A stretch of DNA of 64,000 nucleotides from the IMG/VR virus record IMGVR_UViG_3300002026_000022, positions 3,057 to 67,056 of that record; one strand, written 5' to 3'. Shown piece by piece: positions 1 to 9,222 of the stretch (positions within the stretch are counted from its first letter, which is position 1; each line of letters begins with the position of its first letter). The notes under the pieces were generated by a model. It did no database searches. It was not told the DNA's origin and saw only the letters and a list, made by a program, of their open reading frames with translations. Both the position numbers and the translations under genes were made by a program. Source of the stretch: a virus (lineage: Duplodnaviria > Caudoviricetes).

Positions 1-582
1 CCATACAAACTAAAAGTGATGGGACTTGAAATCGTCAAGTCAAGCACACCACAAGTCGTTAGAAAAAAACTCAAGGAAGTGGTTGGTGTTATTTTTGAAA
101 AAGATGAAATTGCATTACAAGATTTTGTCGCTAACTACAGAAAAGAGTTTTCTTTGTATAGTCCAGAAGAAATTGGTTTCCCTAGAGGGGTAACAGATAT
201 AGATAAATGGGCAGCAAAGGATCATGGGTATAAAAAAGGTACTCCAATGCATGTACGAGCAGCAATACTTTATAACAAACATTATGGCGAGGATCATCAA
301 CAAGAGATTGCCAATGGAGACAAGATCAAATTTATATACATGAAATTGCCAAATCCGATTAAAGAGGACGTGTTTGGTTTCCCATCAGCAGGGAAATTTC
401 CAGAGATTGATCGGCTTTTAAAGTTTGTCGATTCAAGCGATAAAGCAGTGATTTCTTTGACAAAATATATCGATACTGATAAAATGTTCTACATGACGTT
501 CATTAGACCATTGGAATCGATTGTGAATGCTATTGGATGGTCAATAGAGAAACAAAGTACGCTCGAAGATTTCTTTGGGTGA
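1..582 (+). CDS. gp43: Family B DNA polymerase (T4 gp43-like), C-terminal part; 5' end lies outside the window
   Basis: Frame is open from base 1 (PYKLKVMGLEIVKSSTP). Contains IGFPRGV, GTPMHVRAAILYN and GDKIKFIYMKLPNPIKE, and ends in the clamp-binding tail STLEDFFG. Confidence 0.95.
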   Translation, partial: PYKLKVMGLEIVKSSTPQVVRKKLKEVVGVIFEKDEIALQDFVANYRKEFSLYSPEEIGFPRGVTDIDKWAAKDHGYKKGTPMHVRAAILYNKHYGEDHQQEIANGDKIKFIYMKLPNPIKEDVFGFPSAGKFPEIDRLLKFVDSSDKAVISLTKYIDTDKMFYMTFIRPLESIVNAIGWSIEKQSTLEDFFG

Positions 583-612
583 TTTTGTAGTGGTAGTAAT
601 TTTAACTTTAAT

Positions 613-822
613 ATGGAGAAATACAATATGAAAATCTATACAGTCAAGCGCAATGGCAGTCTCCCAAAGTCCCTCAAGGGTACATCCTTCAACAGTTATG
701 AAACCGCAAGGAGTGCAGTTCGTAAGTACATTCGTACTATGAAAAACTATTCTCCAGAGTTTTATGCAAACGACAATCCTGCGATTACTGAGTTTGGATT
801 TAGCATCAAATCAGTTAGCTAA
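613..822 (+). CDS. Small basic hypothetical protein
   Basis: 69-aa ORF filling the gap between gp43 and uvsX; no recognised motif. Confidence 0.6.
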   Translation: MEKYNMKIYTVKRNGSLPKSLKGTSFNSYETARSAVRKYIRTMKNYSPEFYANDNPAITEFGFSIKSVS

Positions 823-926
823 ATAATATACATCCTGTAATGTCGTTGGTTGTAGGTGACTACGTTAGTGGAACCTTCATTTTCAGCATGTAGCACATGC
901 TTAATCAATCAGCAAAGGAAACAACT

Positions 927-1988
927 ATGTCAAAAAATCCATTATTGGACAAGATGAAAAATGCAGGTTCGATCAAGGTAACAACTCTTTCGAATTCAAT
1001 TCTGTATAACGCAAAAGATTTCACTGTAACATCTATTCCGATTTTGAATGCCGCGTTCAGTGGTAAAGTAGATGGTGGCATGACCTCTGGTCTTACCATG
1101 ATTGCAGGTGAATCCAAGAATTTTAAATCTGGTCTTGGTCTTGTTTGTGTTGAAGCATATCTAGCCAAGTATGAAGATGCAATCTGTTTGTTCTACGATT
1201 CTGAATTTGGTATCACTGAAGATTACATTACAAATTCTAAGGTTGATCCAGATCGGGTGTTACACATTCCCATTGAACATGTTGAACAGTTGAAGTTTGA
1301 TCTGGTAAAACGATTGGAACAAATCAAGCGTGGTGATCATGTCATTATCTTTATCGACTCTATCGGAAACCTTGCATCGAAGAAAGAATTGGATGATGCT
1401 AGGGATGAAAAGTCAGTAGCAGATATGAGTCGTGCGAAACAGATCAAATCACTATTCAGAATGATTACACCACATTTCACTACTAAAGACATTCCTTGCC
1501 TCGTGGTGAATCACACGTACAAAGAAATTGGGATGTTCCCCAAAGATATTGTTGGTGGTGGAACTGGTTCATATTACAGTGCCAATACTATTTTCATTAT
1601 CTCACGAGCACAAGAAAAAGGGTCGGATGGAGATATCGATGGTTGGAACTTTACGTTGAGAGCAGAGAAGTCTAGATACGTTAAAGAGAAATCAAAATTC
1701 CCAATTCAGGTTATGTATGATGCTGGTATAAATCCATACAGTGGTCTTTTGGAACTCGCAGAAGAATCTGGTCATGTAGTGAAACCAAAAAATGGTTGGT
1801 ACGCAATTGTAGGATCTGATAAGAATTACAGAGCAAAAGCAACTAATACAAAAGAATTTTGGGAACCACTGTTAGCAGGTGAAACCTTCAAAGAGTTCAT
1901 TCGTAATAAGTATCAAATGGTTCAACGTGCAATGTTGAATGATGAAGATATGAAAGTCGAGGAAGACGACGAAGGAGATGAAGAATGA
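927..1988 (+). CDS. uvsX: UvsX RecA-like recombinase
   Basis: Walker A variant AGESKNFKS, LFYDSEFG, IFIDSIGNLASKKE, VVNHTY, VGGGTGSYYSA. Start moved to ATG 927, behind AAGGAA. Confidence 0.95.
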   Translation: MSKNPLLDKMKNAGSIKVTTLSNSILYNAKDFTVTSIPILNAAFSGKVDGGMTSGLTMIAGESKNFKSGLGLVCVEAYLAKYEDAICLFYDSEFGITEDYITNSKVDPDRVLHIPIEHVEQLKFDLVKRLEQIKRGDHVIIFIDSIGNLASKKELDDARDEKSVADMSRAKQIKSLFRMITPHFTTKDIPCLVVNHTYKEIGMFPKDIVGGGTGSYYSANTIFIISRAQEKGSDGDIDGWNFTLRAEKSRYVKEKSKFPIQVMYDAGINPYSGLLELAEESGHVVKPKNGWYAIVGSDKNYRAKATNTKEFWEPLLAGETFKEFIRNKYQMVQRAMLNDEDMKVEEDDEGDEE

Positions 1989-2290
1989 TTGCAATAAAGG
2001 CAACTGAAAAAACCATTGATAGTCATATTGAGTTGATGTTGGAAGACGAACCGTTTGCTGGCATTACCTTCTACTATGAAGGTATGAAAATGGCAGATCA
2101 AGAAAATGAAGATGGTTCAATGAATATGACGTTTGAATACTCTATCACTAGTGATAAGAGACCAGAAGATTTAGTTTTGTTTGAGCGAACATTGGGCGAT
2201 TTGATTATTCAAATTTTGACCGATCAAATGGAAAAAGGTGAAGTAGTTTATAAAGGTGGCACAAATGATGATGAGTCCAGAAAAGTATGA
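1985..2290 (+). CDS. gp40-like head vertex assembly chaperone
   Basis: Sits between uvsX and gp41 as T4 gene 40 does. The pattern PFAGITFYY...FEY...LGDLIIQIL...VVYKGG resembles this family in T4-like phages. Confidence 0.55.
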   Translation: MIAIKATEKTIDSHIELMLEDEPFAGITFYYEGMKMADQENEDGSMNMTFEYSITSDKRPEDLVLFERTLGDLIIQILTDQMEKGEVVYKGGTNDDESRKV

Positions 2291-2534
2291 GATAGCAGCA
2301 ACATTCCTCAAGTCGTTTGATCCAAAAATAACTTTGACTAGAGCAGGAATGCCAGCGATAATATGTTCATTTAATTGTGGTGACGAGATATTTCCATTGA
2401 TGGGGGTGTATTGGACCGGCGACGGTTGGATACCTCTTAGATGGACAAAAGAAGGAACATATTTAAACTCAAGTACGCATACAGGAATGGATGTTATTTT
2501 AGAACAAGACCCCACTGATAAGGAGGTAGCATGA
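2265..2534 (+). CDS. Hypothetical protein
   Basis: ORF with AAGGTGG upstream; no motif recognised. Confidence 0.5.
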   Translation: MMMSPEKYEIAATFLKSFDPKITLTRAGMPAIICSFNCGDEIFPLMGVYWTGDGWIPLRWTKEGTYLNSSTHTGMDVILEQDPTDKEVA

Positions 2535-2537
2535 TCA

Positions 2538-3941
2538 ATGACTGACAGAATCGAAAGTGTCATATTTGAAGGTCTGTTAGGAAATGATGATTATACTCGT
2601 AAAACTTTACCATTTCTGGAAGAAGAATATTTTGATTCCAGAGTAGATAAGATTCTCTTTAAGGAGATTAAAGGGTTTTACGACAAGCATAATAAATCAC
2701 CAACCAAGAAAATACTGAGGTTGTTTTTAGATGATTGTTCTGATTTAAAACAAGGTGAATTTGATGAAGCAATAGAATTAGTAGAATCGTTGGGAGAACC
2801 AGAGAATAACCAAGTCTGGTTGATGGAACGCACCGAGAAATTCTGTAGAGACAAGGCAATTTACAATGCTATTATGACTTCCATTGGAATTATGGATGGA
2901 AGAAATACTACATTGGATCGTGGTTCGATTCCTAATCTATTGTCTGATGCATTGGCAATATCATTCGACAAAACCATTGGTCACGATTACTTCACTGATG
3001 CAGATGATCGATTTAAGTTCTATCATCTGAAGGAAGAACGTGTTCCATTTGATTTGACAATGTTTAACAAGATCACCAAAGGTGGATTGCCACGCAAGAC
3101 ATTGAATGTTGCCCTTGCGGGTACAAACGTAGGTAAGTCACTATTCCTATGTCATCATGCTGCCGCAGCAATTAAGCAAGGGTTGAATGCCCTATATATC
3201 ACATTAGAGATGGCAGAGCAGAGGATTGCTGAACGCATTGACTGCAATTTAATGGATGTGACGTTGGACGAGTTGATACGCATGAAGAAAGGGGATTTTG
3301 ATAACAAACTGTCATCCCTTCAAACGAGACACCACGGCAGATTAATTGTCAAGGAATATCCAACTGCAGGTGCTCACGTTGGGCATTTCAAGGCATTGTT
3401 GGACGAGTTGAAGATGAAGAAAAATTTTGAGCCAGATATCATCTACATTGACTATATTAATATATGTGCGTCTCAAAGGTACAAGGGTGGCAATAATTAT
3501 AATTCCTACTTTGCTATTAAGGCTATTGCAGAAGAACTTCGTGGGTTAGCAGTGGAGTACGATGTGCCAATTTTGAGTGCAACACAGGCAACAAGATCTG
3601 GCAGCACAAACACTGATGTTGAAATGACAGATACCAGTGAATCGTTTGGTTTGCCAATGACCGTGGATTGGATGTTTGCTATCGTTAGAACAGAAGAACT
3701 TGACCAAATGGGTCAACTAATGATCAAACAACTTAAGTCTAGGTATAACGATGTCAATTACTACAAGAGGTTTGTAATTGGTATAGATATAGCAAAGTTC
3801 AAGTTATACGATGTGGATAATCCAACGGCAGACTTGATTGACACAGGCAAAAAGGATGATGACGTGTCAGTATTTGATTCATCTAAATTTGGATCGGAAA
3901 TGAAAAAGAGAGGGGATGTTAGCGAACTTGACTTCAGTTGA
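2538..3941 (+). CDS. gp41: Replicative DnaB-like helicase (T4 gp41)
   Basis: Walker A LAGTNVGKS, YITLEMAE, LIVKEYPT, IYIDYINIC, ATQATRSG, SESFGLPMTVD, KQLKSRY. Confidence 0.96.
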   Translation: MTDRIESVIFEGLLGNDDYTRKTLPFLEEEYFDSRVDKILFKEIKGFYDKHNKSPTKKILRLFLDDCSDLKQGEFDEAIELVESLGEPENNQVWLMERTEKFCRDKAIYNAIMTSIGIMDGRNTTLDRGSIPNLLSDALAISFDKTIGHDYFTDADDRFKFYHLKEERVPFDLTMFNKITKGGLPRKTLNVALAGTNVGKSLFLCHHAAAAIKQGLNALYITLEMAEQRIAERIDCNLMDVTLDELIRMKKGDFDNKLSSLQTRHHGRLIVKEYPTAGAHVGHFKALLDELKMKKNFEPDIIYIDYINICASQRYKGGNNYNSYFAIKAIAEELRGLAVEYDVPILSATQATRSGSTNTDVEMTDTSESFGLPMTVDWMFAIVRTEELDQMGQLMIKQLKSRYNDVNYYKRFVIGIDIAKFKLYDVDNPTADLIDTGKKDDDVSVFDSSKFGSEMKKRGDVSELDFS

Positions 3942-3944
3942 TGC

Positions 3945-3952
3945 CATAAATA
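3945..3952 (+). promoter_or_regulatory. T4-type late promoter (CATAAATA)
   Basis: Intergenic, 31 nt upstream of ORF 3983; matches the gp55-type -10 box NATAAATA. Confidence 0.7.
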
Positions 3953-3982
3953 TTAGATTGTATCATTTCAAGGTAAATCAAA

Positions 3983-4303
3983 ATGGATATAACTGATTAC
4001 ATCAAGGGTAAAGTTCAACAACTGTTCGAAGTAAAAGGTCTTAAACCAAGGAATCTTAAATCAGGGGAAGAGGTTGTTGTCGTCAATGATCCTCCTTTAG
4101 GGCATGGTGGAACAATGGGGAATAAAAAACCAAACCCTGATGATGGGGATAGGCATTTCTCTGTTATGAGTTCTACTCTTACCAAGGTTGTTGATAATGG
4201 TAAAGGGGGACTTAAGACAAGTAACGGTAGAGATATCGAAGACGTTAGAAAAAGGTTTGATATTAAACGTGCGCCAAGGGAAGAGATAAAAGATAAACCA
4301 TAA
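3983..4303 (+). CDS. Basic hypothetical late protein, possibly an internal head protein
   Basis: Follows a late promoter; Lys-rich, with an N-terminal QLFE resembling a prohead-protease site. Confidence 0.55.
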   Translation: MDITDYIKGKVQQLFEVKGLKPRNLKSGEEVVVVNDPPLGHGGTMGNKKPNPDDGDRHFSVMSSTLTKVVDNGKGGLKTSNGRDIEDVRKRFDIKRAPREEIKDKP

Positions 4304-4318
4304 GACAGGAGATATACT

Positions 4319-5788
4319 ATGAAGTGTGATATGTGTCAATCTACCAATGTTAAATCATTAGGCATTAGATTTTTTGGGAATACGAAAAAGCTAAAGTATG
4401 TGTGCAACAACTGCTCTCACGAGTTCACCACTGATCATAAAGATATACATACTCTAAAGAACAACAATGTCGTTGTTACCTCTGCAATTGACGGAGTTGC
4501 CACTAATGAAAAGTTTTTTGCCGCATTAAAACTCTACTGCGACTATCACAATGCAAAACTATTGATTTTGCCTGTCAATCATGGAAAACCATTTAATGAA
4601 GATAGATATGATGATTTGGTAAGACCTTATCTCTGTTTGGAAAACGTGTCCATGAACAACGTAACTAACATCATGGGTGCTATCAAGTTAGGGTCTACTC
4701 TTGAAAGTCCATTGCATGGTATCAATTCGTTTTCCAAAGGTAAGAACGTTGTGTTTGGTCATCCACAGGTTCAATTGAAAACTTTGCCTAGAAAAGCAGA
4801 AAAATACCCTGCCATTATCTCAACAACAGGCACAGTATCATTCCCAAAATACGGAAACAACAAGACTGCACATAAGGCGAATTTCAACCACTCATATTCT
4901 GCTTTGTTTATTGATGGTGAGAATCCAAACATCATGCGTCACCTAAACTATGACGGAGTTGGGTTCTATGATCTAGACAAGTATTTCTCTTCCACCCAAG
5001 TAGAACACAACAAGACAATTGATGCAATCGTAACTGGTGATGAACATGTATTGTTTTATGATCCAGAAGTCATGGAAGCAACTTATGGGAAATCTGGCAT
5101 TGTCAGTGCCTTAAAACCAAAACTTATTATTCGGCATGATGTGCTAGATTGCTATTCAATTTCACATCACCACAGATCGAATGTATTCACCAAGTTCGCT
5201 AAGTATATTGGTGGAACCGACTCAATCGAAAAAGAGTTGAATCAAACATTGGATTTTATTAAAGAGACTACACCTAAAGATGTCACCAGCATTATCATTC
5301 CTAGTAATCACAATAATCATTTATTGAGATGGTTACAAGAGGGAGACCCAAAGACAGACTTGGTTAATGCAAAACTCTATCATCAGTTGATGTATCTCAT
5401 GTTAAGCAAAGTTAGACTTGAGAACAACATTCCAAAATATCCTGATCCATTTCATGAGTGGGCAATGGATAAAATAGGAAAAAATATCAAGTTTTTGACA
5501 CCTGCCGAATCATTTATCATTGGAGATATCGATATCAATAACCATGGGGACTTGGGAATCAACGGATCAAGAGGATCAAATAATCAGTATCGTGATCTAC
5601 CATTGAAGTCAATCATTGGGCATAGTCATAGTCCTGGTATTGAAAAGGGATCATATCAGGTAGGTACATCCTCTAATCTTAGATTGGATTACAACAAAGG
5701 GTTGAGTAGTTGGCATCACTGCCATTGTGTGATTTACCCAAATGGTAAAAGACAACTTATTTTTATAATCGATGAACGATGGAAATAA
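4319..5788 (+). CDS. Calcineurin-like metallophosphoesterase/nuclease (T5 A1-like) with N-terminal Zn ribbon
   Basis: CxxC...CxxC at the N-terminus. Phosphoesterase motifs TGDEH, HDVLD..SISHHH, SNHNNH, NHGD, IGHSHSP. RBS ACAGGAG. Confidence 0.7.
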   Translation: MKCDMCQSTNVKSLGIRFFGNTKKLKYVCNNCSHEFTTDHKDIHTLKNNNVVVTSAIDGVATNEKFFAALKLYCDYHNAKLLILPVNHGKPFNEDRYDDLVRPYLCLENVSMNNVTNIMGAIKLGSTLESPLHGINSFSKGKNVVFGHPQVQLKTLPRKAEKYPAIISTTGTVSFPKYGNNKTAHKANFNHSYSALFIDGENPNIMRHLNYDGVGFYDLDKYFSSTQVEHNKTIDAIVTGDEHVLFYDPEVMEATYGKSGIVSALKPKLIIRHDVLDCYSISHHHRSNVFTKFAKYIGGTDSIEKELNQTLDFIKETTPKDVTSIIIPSNHNNHLLRWLQEGDPKTDLVNAKLYHQLMYLMLSKVRLENNIPKYPDPFHEWAMDKIGKNIKFLTPAESFIIGDIDINNHGDLGINGSRGSNNQYRDLPLKSIIGHSHSPGIEKGSYQVGTSSNLRLDYNKGLSSWHHCHCVIYPNGKRQLIFIIDERWK

Positions 5789-6816
5789 CAAAATCTACTA
5801 AGATAAATTTGGGAATTGCCCTAGAGTATGTCGTAGCAATTGCAACATACTCTAGGTTCAGAATTAGAGAAAAAATCCCAAGCAAAGAAAAACTTCATCC
5901 TATAAGTGCAGAAGATTTACATACTGACGTGACGTTATGTTTAACATCACGTTCAAATACATTCCATTCAACTGCTGAAAATTATGGGGTTAATAAAGAG
6001 GATTTTATTACACTCAACCTAATATACCCTCTTGGGAAAAAGCAGGAATATGTCAAGTATATTATAGAAAACAGAAAAATTCTTGAAGAAAAGGCACTAA
6101 ATTTAGTAAACGAAGTTTATACAAAATGGACAGAAGTAGCATGGACAAACCGGATTGTCAATAATATTGATATTAAGCTGTCTGGAGCAGAAGGAAAAAA
6201 AACTGATCTTGCTATATACGACAGTGCATTTACAAGAGATATGACTAGGTTGATACGTGGATATGGTAAAGATAATATTCCATCAATGGTATCAATTAAA
6301 AACGATGCATCAAAGATCAATAATTTTGGGGATATGAAAACAATAGCAACAACTCTTCAAAATACTTTAAATGAACTTGGGTTTAATATTACGGATACCA
6401 CTAGAAAAGCATCAGACAAAGAATTTCACCTACCAACAGAATCACATTTTAACCTGTTTAAAATAGCCAAAGCACAACAAGTTAAGACACCTAAATTTAT
6501 ATCATTTATCATAAAATACATGTATGGTACAAATGACGCGAACACATATGTAAAATTCACTAGTACTAAGAATTTCTCTATCGGGTCTAAAGCAAATCTA
6601 ACGAAAGCATTAAATAAAGCTAGATTGGAAGGACAGTTCAAAGGACTAATAGTTTCCACTTATAAAACTTCTGGTGCAGGAGAACCAGCACTAAAGTTTA
6701 CTTTCCCAAGTACTACTGGTGGAAAAGACCCAAATATTCTCACACTAAGATACTCAAGTAAAGCACTAATATTAGAGGTTGGAAAAGCGATAACCGACCT
6801 ACTTAATACCAAATAA
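5779..6816 (+). CDS. Hypothetical protein, possible PD-(D/E)XK nuclease
   Basis: 345-aa ORF with an ALEY...KTDL...SIK arrangement reminiscent of restriction-like nucleases; weak. Confidence 0.4.
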   Translation: MEITKSTKINLGIALEYVVAIATYSRFRIREKIPSKEKLHPISAEDLHTDVTLCLTSRSNTFHSTAENYGVNKEDFITLNLIYPLGKKQEYVKYIIENRKILEEKALNLVNEVYTKWTEVAWTNRIVNNIDIKLSGAEGKKTDLAIYDSAFTRDMTRLIRGYGKDNIPSMVSIKNDASKINNFGDMKTIATTLQNTLNELGFNITDTTRKASDKEFHLPTESHFNLFKIAKAQQVKTPKFISFIIKYMYGTNDANTYVKFTSTKNFSIGSKANLTKALNKARLEGQFKGLIVSTYKTSGAGEPALKFTFPSTTGGKDPNILTLRYSSKALILEVGKAITDLLNTK

Positions 6817-6838
6817 CCCGCTTTGCGGGTTTTGTTTT
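6815..6838 (+). terminator. Rho-independent terminator
   Basis: AACCCGC-TTT-GCGGGTT hairpin followed by TTGTTTT, directly after the 6816 stop. Confidence 0.85.
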
Positions 6839-6839
6839 A

Positions 6840-6847
6840 TATAAATA
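6840..6847 (+). promoter_or_regulatory. T4-type late promoter (TATAAATA)
   Basis: Perfect consensus just after the terminator and upstream of ORF 6880. Confidence 0.85.
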
Positions 6848-6879
6848 TTATATAATTCAGCACAACAATTAGGACACAA

Positions 6880-7503
6880 ATGAAAAATCTAGTCAATGAC
6901 ATCATGCAACAGATGGATGAGGGAAAAATCGACACTCACTCCATTCCACCTAAAGGGACTAAAAAACCACCTGCTGGCAAGCCATTGGTTAATGATCCGA
7001 AAGACCCACTTGTCCTAGTTCGTGGATTTGGCACAATGCGAGAAAAACAAGCACAGTCATTGAAGATGGATTATGAACCATATAAGTCGATGACTGAAGC
7101 AGTAGAAACAAAAATTCAAATGACCATGCCATTATTCATTCGTATTATGGAATGGGCAAAAGAAGAGGCGAAAGATGACGTGGCACTACATCAATTAGCA
7201 GAAAAACTTGCTGCTGTCAATGGTGTTGCTGATATGGATAATTATGAGTCATTGTTAGAGTCAGCTAAATCGTGGGTGAGAACTGCAGAATATGCATTAA
7301 AAAATGTTCCAGAAGGGGCAGCAAGTGCTGCATTAAATGCATTTGGAACAGGAAACCATGAAGAGGTAAAACAAGACATAAATGCTGTTAAGAGGCTATC
7401 GCATGCAGGACAGAAAGCACATGATCTAATAGCAAGAAAATTACTTGGCACAAAAGTCCCAAAGAGACCAGTAGTACCAAAATTAAAAGTAAAAACAACA
7501 TGA
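6880..7503 (+). CDS. Putative internal head protein
   Basis: Late-promoter gene; basic segments separated by MDE/MTE/LLE junctions; contains the helical motif MPLFIRIMEWAKEEAKDDVALH. Confidence 0.55.
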   Translation: MKNLVNDIMQQMDEGKIDTHSIPPKGTKKPPAGKPLVNDPKDPLVLVRGFGTMREKQAQSLKMDYEPYKSMTEAVETKIQMTMPLFIRIMEWAKEEAKDDVALHQLAEKLAAVNGVADMDNYESLLESAKSWVRTAEYALKNVPEGAASAALNAFGTGNHEEVKQDINAVKRLSHAGQKAHDLIARKLLGTKVPKRPVVPKLKVKTT

Positions 7504-7745
7504 AATCATTTAAATCCTTTATAAAACAAAGACTTGCTGATACCAGTATTCATAATGATACACTGTCAGAAATGATGACGAAGTTTAAGCATCCAAGTTC
7601 ATTAACCCATATGGGGTATCTTGATGGAAGAAAAGGAAATCCACCATCGGAAGATTTATCATCAGAGGCAAAGTATAAAGCAGCATACGAACTTGGTGTA
7701 AGACACGCGAAGGCGTTTAAGGACAAAACAGGAAAATCATTATGA
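7500..7745 (+). CDS. Small putative internal head protein
   Basis: N-terminus MKSFKSFIKQ resembles T4 IP capsid-targeting sequences; ATGA overlap with the upstream gene. Confidence 0.55.
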   Translation: MKSFKSFIKQRLADTSIHNDTLSEMMTKFKHPSSLTHMGYLDGRKGNPPSEDLSSEAKYKAAYELGVRHAKAFKDKTGKSL

Positions 7746-8713
7746 TCACGTTCAAAGAGTTCCTTGTAGAAAATACTGACTTAGAAAAACCAAATGCAGT
7801 AGACGACTTTCATAAAGAAGTCGATAAGCATTTGCTTCATGGTGAGATAATCAAACCACAATACGAAGATCTAAAACGTAGAGTTGATCGTCATGTAGCA
7901 AAATCGTCTGAAGCAGTTTCTAAAGAACATCTTTGGGGTACTGGTAACAAGTTCAATGGAACTCCATTGGAAGATTTGGCATGGTCGAATCATGGGTCAC
8001 TCAATGAGGTTGGGTCACTCAAGAAGAAACTTGATAAAGCAAAGGCATCATCAGATCATCCATTGCATAAGGCTTTATCTCAGTTACATAACACTTATTC
8101 TGGCTTACATGCAAAGATGAAAGAGTTGAAGGGTAAGATTGTTACCACAACGCAAAAACGTGCAGAAGCAAAAGAAAAGAAAGCAGTTGAGCAAAAGAAG
8201 GCATTCAGAGATTCCTCATCCCTAGTTGATACCCTCACTCAGCATCTTGAAAATTTTAAAGATGAAGCGGGTAGGAGAGCAGGTGAGAACTATGATTCGC
8301 ATATGAAGGAACTAGAGAAACATGGATGGGATATTAATAAAGCAGCACCTGCACCACATTCAAAAATGTCGAGGGAAGAGTACAGACGTGCAGCAGAAAA
8401 ACGTCATATATTGACTCAACATACTGATGGTCCAGGCACTATTCGCAAACCATCTGATGGTAAGAAGGCATTGCATATTAAAACTGCCAAAGATAATGCA
8501 CATGAAGACTATATGGCATGGGTTGGAAAGCTAACCAATAAAATTGGCAAACCAGTTGTCGATTCGAAGATGAGTGGCAATCCATGGACAGGTTCGCATC
8601 TCGTGGTTAAGACACATGACGGTGAAGAACAACATTGGCATACCCAAATGATCATCAATCATAGCAGGTATGGCAAAGGGTTTAATCAGTTTCCAACTAG
8701 GAGAAAGAAATGA
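7742..8713 (+). CDS. Putative internal head protein with capsid-targeting sequence
   Basis: N-terminus MITFKEFLVE closely matches the T4 IP CTS (MKTFKEF / MKTYQEFIAE); His/Lys-rich. Confidence 0.6.
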   Translation: MITFKEFLVENTDLEKPNAVDDFHKEVDKHLLHGEIIKPQYEDLKRRVDRHVAKSSEAVSKEHLWGTGNKFNGTPLEDLAWSNHGSLNEVGSLKKKLDKAKASSDHPLHKALSQLHNTYSGLHAKMKELKGKIVTTTQKRAEAKEKKAVEQKKAFRDSSSLVDTLTQHLENFKDEAGRRAGENYDSHMKELEKHGWDINKAAPAPHSKMSREEYRRAAEKRHILTQHTDGPGTIRKPSDGKKALHIKTAKDNAHEDYMAWVGKLTNKIGKPVVDSKMSGNPWTGSHLVVKTHDGEEQHWHTQMIINHSRYGKGFNQFPTRRKK

Positions 8714-8901
8714 GCATCAAAGAGTATTTGATAGAAAAAGTTGAACAATTGTTAAATGAAAAGTTGAGTGGAGAGGCATTGAGCACTGTCAAAACTGCAG
8801 CACTGAAAAAGATTCAGCTAGAGATTAAAAAAGGAAATTCGTCTAAAGCAGCAAAACATGCTAGATTCGTTGATAAGATCGATAAAAAACTATCAAAATG
8901 A
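8710..8901 (+). CDS. Small basic putative internal head protein
   Basis: Begins MSIKEYLIEKVEQLLNE, followed by a Lys-rich helix; ATGA overlaps on both sides. Confidence 0.55.
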   Translation: MSIKEYLIEKVEQLLNEKLSGEALSTVKTAALKKIQLEIKKGNSSKAAKHARFVDKIDKKLSK

Positions 8902-9188
8902 TCATATTAGAGAACTCTGGCATTGCGACAATTACAATGCCAGAACGAATAAATTTTAGTTATGTCACAGGATGTAGTCAGCAAATAAGGGCATGTAAAG
9001 ATCGGGATATCACTCATGTGATATTGGATTTCAAAAACACCACTTATATTGATTCATCTGGATTGGGATTGATATTAATCATACGAGATGTGATCTGTAA
9101 AGATATAGAGTTTATTAATTGCAACTTGAATTTAATAGACACATTCAAGAGTTCGAATTTTCAAAAATTGTTCCATATAAAAAGATAA
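8898..9188 (+). CDS. STAS-domain anti-sigma factor antagonist (SpoIIAA/RsbV/HsbA-like)
   Basis: 96 aa; VILDFKNTTYIDSSGLGLILIIRD carries the canonical DSSGLG phospho-Ser motif; C-terminus SNFQKLFHI. Confidence 0.88.
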   Translation: MIILENSGIATITMPERINFSYVTGCSQQIRACKDRDITHVILDFKNTTYIDSSGLGLILIIRDVICKDIEFINCNLNLIDTFKSSNFQKLFHIKR

Positions 9189-9191
9189 ATA
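9184..9191 (+). promoter_or_regulatory. Late promoter (GATAAATA), overlapping the STAS stop codon
   Basis: NATAAATA box upstream of ORF 9223. Confidence 0.6.
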
Positions 9192-9222
9192 TACAAATAA
9201 CTTGAACACAAAAGGCATTAAA

